Origin: Oopsacas minuta
Lineage: Eukaryota > Animalia > Porifera
DNA: 64,000 nucleotides
NCBI GenBank assembly: GCA_024704765.1
Contig: JAKMXF010000009.1
Coordinates: forward strand, 1-64,000
Reading direction: 5' to 3'
Shown here: one piece after another, positions 52,904 through 63,912 of the stretch
Position numbering within the stretch: the stretch's first letter is position 1
How the letters are laid out: every line of letters begins with the position of its first letter
Program-made: the position numbers and the translations under genes
Notes under the pieces: generated by a model
The model's database searches: none
The model's input: only the letters and a program-made list of their open reading frames with translations
Told to the model about the DNA's origin: nothing

Positions 52904-53855
52904 CAGTGATTTAAGGATCCCCGTCTCCGAAACTCTATCGACATATGGACCAATTCAGTGATATTCGGCCCTCTACCCGGCTACCCGTAGCATAGGCGTG
53001 GGAGTGGGTCCGGACCTTTATGGGCATAATTTGCTGGACCATTTTGAGTCTGTCCGGTTTTTAGCCGGACCATGACTTTTCTTGTTTTGATGAATTTTTA
53101 CTTCGCACTATTGTATCCAAAGTATGGAAATAGTTTTCTAATTTTGTTAATCATTTTATTTCCATCGTTGTGAATCAATTTTTCGAACACTGAACACCGA
53201 ATGACTGTTTTTGGTACGTTTTCAAAACAGGACATGTAATCTAGTGTTTCTACTATGAGACTACTTTATATTTCCATGAATTACTTCCCAATGTTTTAAC
53301 TGTACATTCATTGGACCATACAACCAAGGTTTGTTTCTATTTCTAGCCGGACCACTTTTTGAAGCAGTGCTACGCCACTACGTAAGTCACTCATATAAAA
53401 CCTATAGGCTCATGAATATAGTTCTGTATATATTTGTTAAGAGTTTACCCAGATTCTTCCCTTGTGCCAGTTATAAACGCGTTTTATGTTACTCAGAGTA
53501 TCTTTCTTGTGCTTGTTCAGATTTTTGACTGTATGTATTGTATCACTGCTCTCAGATGTCATCTCAGTAGATTTATTTTTGAGATTACGTATTTACAAAC
53601 TGTTTGCAAATGCTAATACTGTATTAATACAAAGAAAGTCCTACTGTAACAACTTCAATTGTGCATCTAACAGGACATTCGGGCAACACATAAATCCTAA
53701 AAGCGAGCCCAACACAATCAAACAAAAATCCTGACTACAGTAATTAAGGATATAAGAAATATTTGTTTGTAAATAAACTGTTTTGCAAATAAGTATTTTG
53801 TCTATTTCCTGCGCTAGGAATTTTGTGCACAGAACCGGGGATCCTTAAAACACTA
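52904..53855. mobile_element. hAT-like non-autonomous element
   Basis: 20-bp TIRs CAGTGATTTAAGGATCCCCG / rc TAGTGTTTTAAGGATCCCCG. No 8-bp TSD found. Confidence 0.6.
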
Positions 53856-54122
53856 GTGATTTTGCCCCTCTCCCGTCCTTATATCGCTTTCAGTATTTTT
53901 TTCATCTATAATATTTCCAATTATACTTACATGTTTATGATGGTCTAATTACTATGTACACGTACTTAATGGCTAAAAATAGCATCAATCGACAGCAGAA
54001 TAGATATCATAACACTATTACTAAGGACATTACATATGAATAACATAATAATATGCATAATGGTTTAATAAATTACAAATTGTGTTTGAATAAAAGAAAA
54101 ACAAACTATTAGTTCACTGATT

Positions 54123-54974
54123 ATGCAATTTCCAACAATTACCCAACTATACTCATTCAATGCACATTTTGAAGTTGAGATCTGGGGAATAAATCAAAGA
54201 AATGGGTTACTTCTACTGTACGGATTTACACAACCAAACCATCAACAAATGTTCGCTCATCATGGAGTATTCGGTCAACCTCTACCTGCAAACAAAGTAT
54301 ACTCTATCAAGATATTTACAGTAGACGGGTACCATGTAACTTCACTGGCAACAAAACAAATAAATTCCGTAAAGTGTGCAAAATTCACAGAGTATTTAAT
54401 CTTATTTCGCAATGGTTTGGATGAACTGGTGCTATTTAATGATTTCCACTTCGAAATTAAACATAGAAATAAAATAATAGATCTTATAGATTGTGATGAA
54501 GATGGGAATATTTATACAAATTGTGAAGAGAAAGATTCTATATCATTTTATACACAAGATCTCGAAATCAAAAGAAAAATCACCTTCAACAATTTTGGCA
54601 AAGGAAAACCCAATTCCCTAGCTATGAATAATGAAATTATGGTAATCTTAACCTCACGTAAAAACGCTCCTTTAATTGAGAACTTATATCAAATTCATAT
54701 GTATAGCCTATCAACATTAGAACACATTGAAACTGTTACATTAATTGCAAATTGGCATTATGAAGATTCCGAAATGTACATTGACAAACAAAACAATATT
54801 ATTATCATTAACAAATCTGGAATAACACTGTACTTTGATAAAGGAGAGTTTCGACATTATCAAATTGAGAAAGATCAAGAGGGGAAATGTGTATTCCTGG
54901 TGAGAGATTCACAGATAATACGAATTATGGAAGGTGGAGAACTAAGGATATACAATTTCTCTAATAATACATAG
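54123..54974 (+). CDS. Divergent beta-propeller (NHL/SMP30-like) protein, 283 aa, intronless
   Basis: Intact ATG-to-stop ORF with blade-like motifs IDCDEDGNIYT, PNSLAMNNEIMVI, MYIDKQNNIIII and IKIFTVDG. Confidence 0.6.
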   Translation: MQFPTITQLYSFNAHFEVEIWGINQRNGLLLLYGFTQPNHQQMFAHHGVFGQPLPANKVYSIKIFTVDGYHVTSLATKQINSVKCAKFTEYLILFRNGLDELVLFNDFHFEIKHRNKIIDLIDCDEDGNIYTNCEEKDSISFYTQDLEIKRKITFNNFGKGKPNSLAMNNEIMVILTSRKNAPLIENLYQIHMYSLSTLEHIETVTLIANWHYEDSEMYIDKQNNIIIINKSGITLYFDKGEFRHYQIEKDQEGKCVFLVRDSQIIRIMEGGELRIYNFSNNT

Positions 54975-55172
54975 CACGTATATACCAATATCAGTTATTG
55001 ATAATTATAATAATTGCAGAGTTCTAATAACTATTCTAAAGTTGATTAACCTCAATCAAATTATATTTTTATGTGAATGCTGCATATTACCAACACTAAT
55101 AGGGTTTAGGACAAATTCCAGTTATCCCTTAACGAGTTAGTTATCGTGTACAAATAGCGACATTTCTTCTCA

Positions 55173-56104
55173 TCAGAAAAAAGTAGGCCCCCTTAGTGAT
55201 AGGCCCTGGGCAAGTTTCATATTTGCCCATTGATAAAGATGGAACTGTTTTATGATAGAATTCGAAAGAATTAGAGGAATCAAAGATTCATTTCCAAAAT
55301 TACCAATATGGATGGCTTTAAGATGAATTAGCTCTTCTCCCAACTCGTTTTGCGAAATATCATTCGGATAGCACATGGCTCCATTTACATCAGTAGTTGT
55401 TTTCGGAGTGAGATTCAAAGATAGTAACTGTTGTAGTGCCACTTTTAGACCAGATAAATGTGCTGCGAATGACCGCACACTGGCGACACGATCTATCCAT
55501 CTTGTTCTGGACAAGCCATGTATAGAGCATGCTATGTAAAGTTGTAATATGTGCCATCGTTGAGGACTACTAGAGAATAGGTTGTAGATTGTTTGAATTA
55601 TGCCAAAGTAGGTGACAGCCTCGGTGCAGCTTTCAGCAGAATCCGCTCCAAGCAGGTTTAATGATGGCAGGCATAAGGAGAATATAAACATAAGGGATTA
55701 CTGTATTTATGTGCTCTCTTGAGCCCCATTGTATTTGCCAGACATATTTGCTGCATTGGCGTAGCCTTGTCCGTGACAATCAGCGATGGGTACTCCATAT
55801 CCTTTAAGCGTTTCAAGGATTAAGTTGGTGATCTCGAACCCCGTTTTATGCCATCAACCAACAAAGCCAGAAAGCGTTTTTGCACTATGAAACCCTCATT
55901 CACTCTTACCAGGTACCTAAGGATGTGTGTCGTTTGTTCTATGTGGGAAGCATCAGGGGTGGAATCAGCCATGATGGAGTAGTACTTTGCGCTCTCTCTT
56001 TCATCCAAAACATATCTCCTAACATTAACAGCACAAGTAGTAATGAACTCGTTTTGAGATTCTGGTGAAAGGTAGTGAGCCCGTAATCCCTTTTTGTTGT
56101 CCAA
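55173..56104 (-). mobile_element. hAT (ZMYM1/DUF4371-like) transposase pseudogene fragment
   Basis: HYLSPESQNEFI, YYSIMADSTPDASHIEQ, GQGYANAANMSG, YNLFSSSPQRW and LSRTRW, broken by frameshifts and deletions. Confidence 0.85.
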
Positions 56105-56315
56105 CTTTGACTTTAGTGACCTCCAAGTAGAGAGATCTAAGCAATCTATATAAATACAAATAATTTATTTCGATATCAGAAATATAACTGTATATAATTT
56201 CAAACTAACATTTTTCACGATTGTCGCAATTTTCATGGCTACTCCCGTATTTACACCTGTAATGATGCCTACATCTTTTCCATTCGTCGATGAGATTTGA
56301 TTGAAGGAATTATTC

Positions 56316-57230
56316 TTAGGAATAACCATCAATCGTGAAAATTGTATCGATTGGTTGAGGGTTCACGGATTATTAGCAAGAAGTATGAGCAGGGGCGTCG
56401 GAAGTGGGGGGATGGGGGTTCTCATCCCTCCATGATTTAGACAGGGAGATAATCCCCCTTTAATTGTGAGTGAGTATTAAATTATTTTCGAATATATTGG
56501 AACATTCTGCCGATTTAGGAGGGATATAATGTACAATAGTTTACACCCCGGATCGGCATTTTCGATACTTGTTTGAAAATAATTATAAACCAACTACGAT
56601 GAGGGTTATCCCCTTGAGGGTATTATCTCCCCCTTCATAGTTTGTTTATAGTTATTTTCATATTATAATATTGTTGCCAGTTGGGAAGTTTTTCAACAGA
56701 AACCTTACACATCCAGTCATTGGTTGAAGCCTGCTGGAGTTATCGGTACATCTTCGTATTATCTAGTTTTATATTTAGCACCTCACATGTATAGTAATAC
56801 TTGACTACTAACAACAAAGCTTGTTAAATAGTAATTTCTTTTGTTTCATGACTGCTGATTACCAACTACACTAATAGTACATAAGCAATGAATATACTAC
56901 AGTTTATGTTTTCAAAAATTACAAATGTCTTGGGAGATTGCCAAAGCTCGAAATAAGACTATCTAGATTACTAAATTGAGTGTTATTATTCATGCATTCA
57001 TATCATTAAATCCCCCATGAAATATCAGCTTCCGACGCCCCTGGGTATGAGATGTAAATGCGGGGAAACATGTCGGAAGGTGTATTTTCTAAGGTACACT
57101 AAGGGAGAGGTTGGAGATGTCCTGAAAAGGGTTGCAAGAAATTAGCATCCCTATGAGTAGGATCATTATTTGACGGATCCAATCTTCCTCTTACTCAGTG
57201 GTGGAATTTTTGTATTTTTGGGCAGAAGGA
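56316..57230 (+). mobile_element. Merlin/IS1595-like transposase N-terminal remnant split by a hAT MITE
   Basis: After removing 56390-57051, the sequence reads CIDWLRVHGLLARSMRCKCG...WRCPEKGCKK..SL*VGSLFDGSNLPL..W, the Zn-ribbon N-terminus typical of Merlin. One frameshift and one stop. Confidence 0.6.
56390..57043. mobile_element. hAT-type MITE
   Basis: 15-bp TIRs CAGGGGCGTCGGAAG / CTTCCGACGCCCCTG. 8-bp TSD AGTATGAG / GGTATGAG (7/8). Confidence 0.85.
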
Positions 57231-57883
57231 CTACAAAGTACACATTTCTTAATCCTAAATCTTAAGATGTATATTTTCAGGTTTTACTGATTTATCATTT
57301 GACTAGCATTAATTTTGATTGTTTTCCTATAATCTATACATGGATCTGAGTAGCCATTACTTATTTTAATCTAAACTCTAGGTTACATATTATCCATAAA
57401 TTCGGCTATTTACAAAAAGGTGTGAAAACATGGTTATTCAAATTTCGTATTAATCGTAGAGTTAAATATCGCAGTATCGTACTTCTCACTGATGTCACAC
57501 GCCCTTCAATTCCATTGTCACATTTCCATAGCATACTTCCCAGTTGCCAACCATCCAGCAATTTCACTTTATATACAGGTAAATTTTCCATAGCATAGTA
57601 ATTAAACTACATACTATGCAGGCCTTTATCTCGGTGCGCGGGTTACCTAAATCTAGATGAAGCCCTGATACTATTCCATAGGTAGGAATGAGGTACTTCC
57701 ATCTTAACAAGAACAAATACTATTCTTTAGTCAATATTATTAATACCTAGGTTTATTAGTACGACAAGGAGAATAGCCCGTACCTTTTACTGCATTTATT
57801 ATTATAAGAGGAATTACTAGTTAATTTCCTACTACAGTTATACAATGATCTTATATCTCATTACTACAGCTTAATTGCCATAA

Positions 57884-59261
57884 ATGTCAGATTCAGATTC
57901 TACAACATCCTCCCTCAATCTTCTCTCATCCTCAGCACCCCTTGTACCTACATCACACCTATTTAACCCTCTCTGCTTCCTGTCTCCATCTGACAGTACA
58001 TACAAACACGGTATAGATGCATTACGTATAACATACAATCTAGCTATATCACTACACACAGACATTGATACACGATTATCTCAGCTATATACTGAAGGGT
58101 TTGATCAGGAACAGATCTGGCAACAGCTGGAGCTTTGGAATGTACCCACCTGTCAGAACCTATCAGCTAGTGTACAGCAGCTACCTACAGCTGATATAAA
58201 TATTCTACCAGTTAATGGTGAGATTACTTCCGTAGCTTCTAGTCCGAACCATAGTCCAGTAATTGATAATGGAACTGCTGATGGTTTGAAGTATAAAGAT
58301 TTTTTTCAAGAAAAATCCCCACAAAAACCTGATACTACAACTCAATCTAACTACTCACGTGTTAAAGGAAAGATACAGGCTCGTATTGAAGAGTTAGAAA
58401 GAGAGAACATGGCAGAGAAGGACTAGAAAATGTCAGGAGAGGTTCGTTCTAAGTCTAGACCGGATAACAGTTTGTTAGAGGGCTACATGGACCATCAGGC
58501 TTATCCATCTACAGCTCTAATTAGTCATGAAGACACAGAGTTATTGGAAGATATGATATGTCGCAGAACTAGAAAGGAGCTATGGGATGATCCTGTCAGG
58601 CGTGAAAAACCGCAGGAGAAGCGATATAAGTATTCAGTACCTAAACAAATTGAAACACAGAAAAGTCAATTGGGATTAGCTGAAGTTTATGAACAGGAAT
58701 TTATGAAGAAAACTGACCCAGGATCTACAGCCTTACGCACAGAAGAGCAGGTTATTGAAGATGAAATTAAAAATATGATGAAAGAAGTATTCACTAAACT
58801 AGATGCTCTATCTAACTTTAGATATACACCAAAACCATTCAAATATGAACCTATCGTTATAACTAATGTACCTGCTATACGTGTTGAAGAGGTGTTACCT
58901 TCCGTGAGTAGTGCATCTACTAGATTAGCCCCTGAGGAGATTTCTACTCCATCAAGCCAGGTTATATCACATATAGAACGTACAAGTGAAGATAAGAGAA
59001 AGTACAGAAGGCATAAGAAGCATGCTATGTCTCGTAAAATGGTACTACGTGCTCAGAAGCTAGTTAACAAGACTAATCCTGGCTTAGGGAATTCATACAG
59101 TAAGAGGAAATTAATACAAGTTTTGTCTGATGCAAAACATATGCAGGGACAACGGGAACAGCTGATACATGATGAGAGCTATGAAGAGAGATAAGAGTTT
59201 TAAGAGTTCTAAATCATTCTTTTCTAAGTTAGAAGCACAAACTAAGAAGCTCCAAATTTAA
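57884..59261 (+). pseudogene. MPHOSPH10: MPP10 (U3 snoRNP / SSU processome) with in-frame TAG at 58424-58426 and a frameshift near 59130-59170; pseudogene or assembly error
   Basis: EQIWQQLELWN, LKYKDFF, EKD*KMSGEVRSKSRPDNSLLE (canonical EKPWQLxGEVxxxxRPENSLLE), WDDPVR, KSQLGLAEVYEQE, KLDALSNFRYTPKP and LAPEEI. The C-terminal KSSKSFFSKL lies in the +1 frame, ending at TAA 59259-59261. Confidence 0.85.
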
Positions 59262-59679
59262 CCATTTTCCAAGTGCTTCCCAGGATGATTTGTGACAGAG
59301 TTACACATATTAATAGTTTAACTTTCTTCACTTAATTTTAGCCTACATTGGTAGTGATAGCGAGAACTTTTGCCATTTTCTATTGAAAATAGTCTCATTG
59401 TTTAGTTGATAATTTTAATTATTTCCACTGCTTATACTCTGACTTCGATAATTTCAAGTGTTTCCCCTTACTTTGGGACAATCATCACACTTATTCCGTC
59501 AATAATATCTCCTGCCATTATTTAACCATTCAATAATCTAATTTCCTAACCAATGAATCTAAATTAACTCTTAACTGTTGTATTCCCAATCCAATCGACA
59601 CCTGATTAATCTTACTGATTCCATTCTAATTAACAATACTATTATCATAATTATAAAGAGTGTCAAAAGAGGGGATTGC

Positions 59680-62600
59680 CACAGTGGCACGAAATGGCTA
59701 AAACCTGGAAGTAGGTATTAGGGCACTAGATAACGTATTAAACTATATTATTGACATATGGGGAATCGTACCCAAGCAATCGATTGACGTAACTAGATTT
59801 TTTCTAAGTCTTTGGGTGTGAAAGTAATGACGTCATTGTCACATTCAAAAATATTTTGATTTTTTTATCGATTTTAATAAGCCAATTTGTGAGCTATATG
59901 TTCAGAAATTGAATGCTTTATGTTTTGATATTATTAACACTAATGTACATTTTTATCAACTTATGAAACCATATTTCTTCTTAAAATAACCTACCGTTCA
60001 TTGAACTACAAACTATAACGTATTTATAATTAGAGAATTCACGAAAATATCTTGACAGCTCTCTAACTCAGATAGATCTGGCTTCGAATCGTTTTTGGTA
60101 GTATTACGAAAGGATGCTAAAATTAGATCACTTTGAGAGATAAGCCTGACGAACACATCTTTAACGTTGTCCTCAAAGCTAAATTTTCTTGAGAGTCTCT
60201 CACGGTATCACCTGACTAATCTATTACAAGATTCAAGGCCTTCTTCAGACAAATCTTCTAAGCCAAACCCATCGTTGTGATCTGCAATTATTTGTGGTGC
60301 ATGGGCTAAAAGTTTATGTAAAGTAGGGGTTACATGTGCCCATAAAAATTGGTTAAAATGGATTCGTAAGTCTCTCGGGATACATTATCAAGGCCTTCAG
60401 TATCCACTTTCCTGTTGCTATTATACAATCTCAGGATAGCACTCAAATTATTAAAGATTGTAGTGACAACTTGATGTGTCTCTTGAGGAACAACCGTCAA
60501 TACCCAATAGAGAAAATCTTGCACAGTATCATCGCTACGTGTGAAGCATCTCCGAACAACATTTCCGGTTGTGGTGGTTCCTCCTTGGACTGATGGTGTG
60601 TCAATTGATATACTAAGTTTTTCTTCAATAAGGCTAGTAATAAATTTCTTGGTACCAAGAATTATTGGCGAAGTTGGTGACCATTTTTGAATAGCACCAC
60701 ACTGTAAATGGCAAATCAATAATAGGAACCAATTAAATGTTCTCAAATATGCATGTAGAGGGGAAGCTGATATGATATCTTTTTCTGAGATCGGTTTGTG
60801 TGTTAAATTGAATCTTTGATTTGTTGGCAAAGATAAAATTCTTCCTCATCAACCACATCAAATACATCACGTGCATCACGGATAGTCCTATTTATGGGAA
60901 AGCCATTTTGAACTATGCTAATATCGTGTATCTGTTGGAACGTTGCAGTACACATTTGACAATTAGCACCGCTTAAGATTTTTGCCATCTTTGTATCGGA
61001 ATGAGATCTCATGATCATGACCTCTGCATTGCCATTGTGTAAACACAAACCACTCTCTTCAATAGTTGAAGTTTCATTATTTATTAATGAGTCCATCAAA
61101 AACTTGACACTCTCTTCATTTTCTGGAAGGGCTAAGAGGGCAACTGGTCGAGTGCAAAATGGCGAATTTGGATGATGAGGTTTCCATAGGATATGATCAT
61201 TTGTATTTGTGATTGCGTTAACCTTGAAACCAAATAAAATGAAGGTTTTAGTCGAGAGGTCAGGGTTAGATATAGTTTGCTGGTAAACTCGATGACACCC
61301 AGATCCATCTAAGCCATCGGATACTCGAACTTTCAGCGGATAGACAAGGTTATCAGGACTTAAGTTAAATACAATTCGTTCAACTGTATGGGTGAGTAGT
61401 CTGGTGTAAGAAATACCTACTCCACATGGAAATTCTCTATGAATTATACGCACCTCATCCAGCAAATTAATTTGAGCCCGATGTTTAGCTACACTATTGT
61501 AGCCTGGTAACTTGACATCTTCAGATAGTAACGTACGCCGAAGTTCTAAATACTTTGTTTTACCGATCTCAAGCGAATCGAAAAGAAAGGCAGATTTATC
61601 AAGTGATAATTGTGGATAGATAGGAGATGAGTTTCCCTTCTCGAGTATCTCTTTACAAACATTAGCACTATTCATGTCCTGCTCCTCATTGCAACAAAGT
61701 AGTAAGAGATAAGTTGCAAGAGTCTTTGGAGATACATGCTCGTTTTCAGCGACTGATTCGAGGTGAGACTTAAGAGAAGAGTTCCGATTTCTCAAACTTT
61801 TGTCGTTAAGTCAGTGGGCGATTTCTTTTTTGAAAGATTAAAGTCTTCTTCAAAGTTAATGGTTAATGAAGAAGAGGCACTTAACCTAGGATTCTTTGGC
61901 AGAGGACAGAAGCACATGGAATTCCAAGTATCAAGGTCCGAATATTTATGAAAAGAGGCTCTCTCTTTTTGAATATCATTGAACTTCAGACGAAAGAAAT
62001 TTTGCTGATCTCGATCAAAACCATGAGTTGAAATAAATTGGTCTGCGATTGAACGAGTGCTAAGTAATTTATGCTCACAATAAAACTGAAAAGCTTGAAG
62101 GTTGTTCATTTCCTAGATAATTACTATATTATTTATTAACAATATTGTAAATACAGGGCAAAAAGTAAGATTATATATATATGCATGTTTGTTTTATAAG
62201 CTTATAAAATACATTCTGAAATTTAAGAATTAAGGAACTTTTGACGAAACTTTTTCTCACAGTAGAAGAGTGTTGATTTTTTTAATGGAATCTTTGTAAA
62301 AATACGTGATGAGAACATTTATTTATATTAATTACAAGCTGAATTTTGTGAACACAAGCATAAATTGTAAATAACTTTACGTTTTGATTATATCCCTAAG
62401 CAACCATAATATTTATATAAATTTTGAAAAGAGAATTTTTAGAAATATTAGATAAATTCAAAAGTTCATGTGATTGAAACTATTTTTGCGCGAATTTTCG
62501 GGAACCTGTAAATTGTTGTATTGTATAGAGAATTAAAAATGCTATATTATAAAACTCAGGAGACAACTTGACAGAACGCGACAGATGAAGTTATGAAACT

Positions 62601-62972
62601 TCGAAGTTGAGTGACGACAGAATATCCAACAGAAAAATTTATCAAAATATTTGGGCTATTTTAAGGATTTATTTGAACTCCGCTTATATAATCACTATGA
62701 TAAGAGAGTAGTCGAAAATGCAATGAAATGAAGTCTTTGGAATGTATTAGTTGCTTAGATACTGGAATTTAAGTTCATTGATATAAATGAATATCTGTGG
62801 TTTTCAAGCATAATTTCTGAGCAAGAAATTGTAATGCTTATATACATTCCAGTCGGATCATAACAATTTTAGACATTTCAAGTAATCGGATATTTCTCTT
62901 TCCAATGAACTTTAAATGGTTACTAATATCGGATTGAAATTTTGACCAATTTCCAGGGGGTGTGCCACTATG
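59680..62972 (-). mobile_element. Transib/RAG1-like transposon (3293 bp) with RSS-like termini
   Basis: Left end CACAGTGGCAC (59680), right end rc CATAGTGGCAC (62972), enclosing a RAG1-core-like ORF. Flanks GATTGC / AATTGT share ATTG but are not a perfect 5-bp TSD. Confidence 0.88.
60013..62109 (-). pseudogene. RAG1-core-like (Transib) transposase, disrupted by 3 frameshifts and 1 TGA
   Basis: Catalytic-like D in DGLDGSG (61307-61309), D in SDTKM (60995-60997) and E in SEEGLES (60232-60234). Zn ligands CQMC and HKLLAH, plus NSPFCTRP, SPLHAYLR and TTTGNVVRRCF motifs. Frameshifts near 61797, 60825 and 60345; TGA at 60208-60210. Confidence 0.92.
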
Positions 62973-63209
62973 AATTGTTATTAATTCGATTAGCAGCGTT
63001 GCCTTAGAGAGACACTATTAGCCAGGATTTGTTAATGTAGAAGAATATCTAGTAATTAACCATATTTTCTATTTCAGAATTACTTGCTAGTAATTATTGA
63101 CAGTTTAGAACCCAACCCTAGAAGTTACTAATGTAAATAATGTTTCTATACATTTTTAACATTCTGGTCTGAGTATATGAATCCACATTCTGCAAAGGGA
63201 AATGTCTCG

Positions 63210-63912
63210 CTAATAGTGTCTCTCTAAGGTAACGCTCCTAATCGAATGAATAACAATTCCCTCTTTTGGGCCTGCCTGGCTTTTCTTCACTGATTTTACG
63301 AAAGTAGTTACATTTGGGTGAGCGTCCATTTTCTTATTCAATAATTCATAAGCGATAACATGAGAACATGCTTTGTAGTGCATATATCTGGGACAAGTGC
63401 AGGAATACTGAACTTTATATCTACAAGATTCATCTAAGGATTCTGTAATGACATAGAAACCTTCTCTTTCTAAAATAAAGGAGTCAAGATCGGTATATTG
63501 ATCCACATGTAGAGACGCAAATTTATATTTCAAAAAATAAGTCGGTAATTTCGTGTATATATTCTTCCAAAGAAAAGTATAAAAGTTGTAACCTTCTACA
63601 TAGGATGACAAATTGCTTTCGAGAGGAAACAGGAGCACTATAGGAATAAAGTAAAAAAGACTCGATTAATAATATGTTTTGAATATGAAAGAGTAAAAGG
63701 GTTTGTCAAGTTATTAGGTAGCTGATATTTGGAAATATAAAGTATGGATAATACCTTGAAAAGATCTTTTGTTGTAAACTATCCAATCTCCAAATTACTT
63801 CATCCACTTCCTGTTGTTGCGCTGTAACTTCCGTCCAGCTAGTCTGGATTTGGTGAACATCCATATTATGCATATTCTGCTGGTGAGTGTAGTACATTGC
63901 CTTTTCTAGCAA
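63210..63912 (-). mobile_element. MULE-like transposase C-terminal remnant (SWIM zinc finger)
   Basis: YSCTCPRYMHYKACSH (CxC...CxH SWIM) followed by a shifted-frame PGRPKR basic motif. Upstream piece is intron-separated or degenerate. Confidence 0.55.

Noticed and set aside
1089-53734. Numerous 60-115-aa ORFs in the track (antisense to LIG4/SMC6/centlein or within repeats)
   Set aside because: They are shadows of real genes or lie in AT-rich repeats, mostly with non-ATG starts and no recognisable motifs.
58424-58426. Genome-wide TAG reassignment
   Set aside because: TAG serves as a normal terminator elsewhere (e.g. 54972-54974), and LIG4, SMC6, NAPRT and centlein have no internal TAGs.
1771-59840. 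Recurrent TGACGTCA (CRE-like) palindromes, e.g. ~1773, ~1881, ~28639, ~59829
   Set aside because: Mostly embedded in transposon sequence, with no positional link to gene starts, so regulatory function is unsupported.
59680-62972. A ProtoRAG-type RAG1L-RAG2L pair or a V(D)J-like recombining locus
   Set aside because: No RAG2-like ORF fits inside the termini, and I noticed no other heptamer-spacer-nonamer signals flanking gene segments elsewhere in the window.
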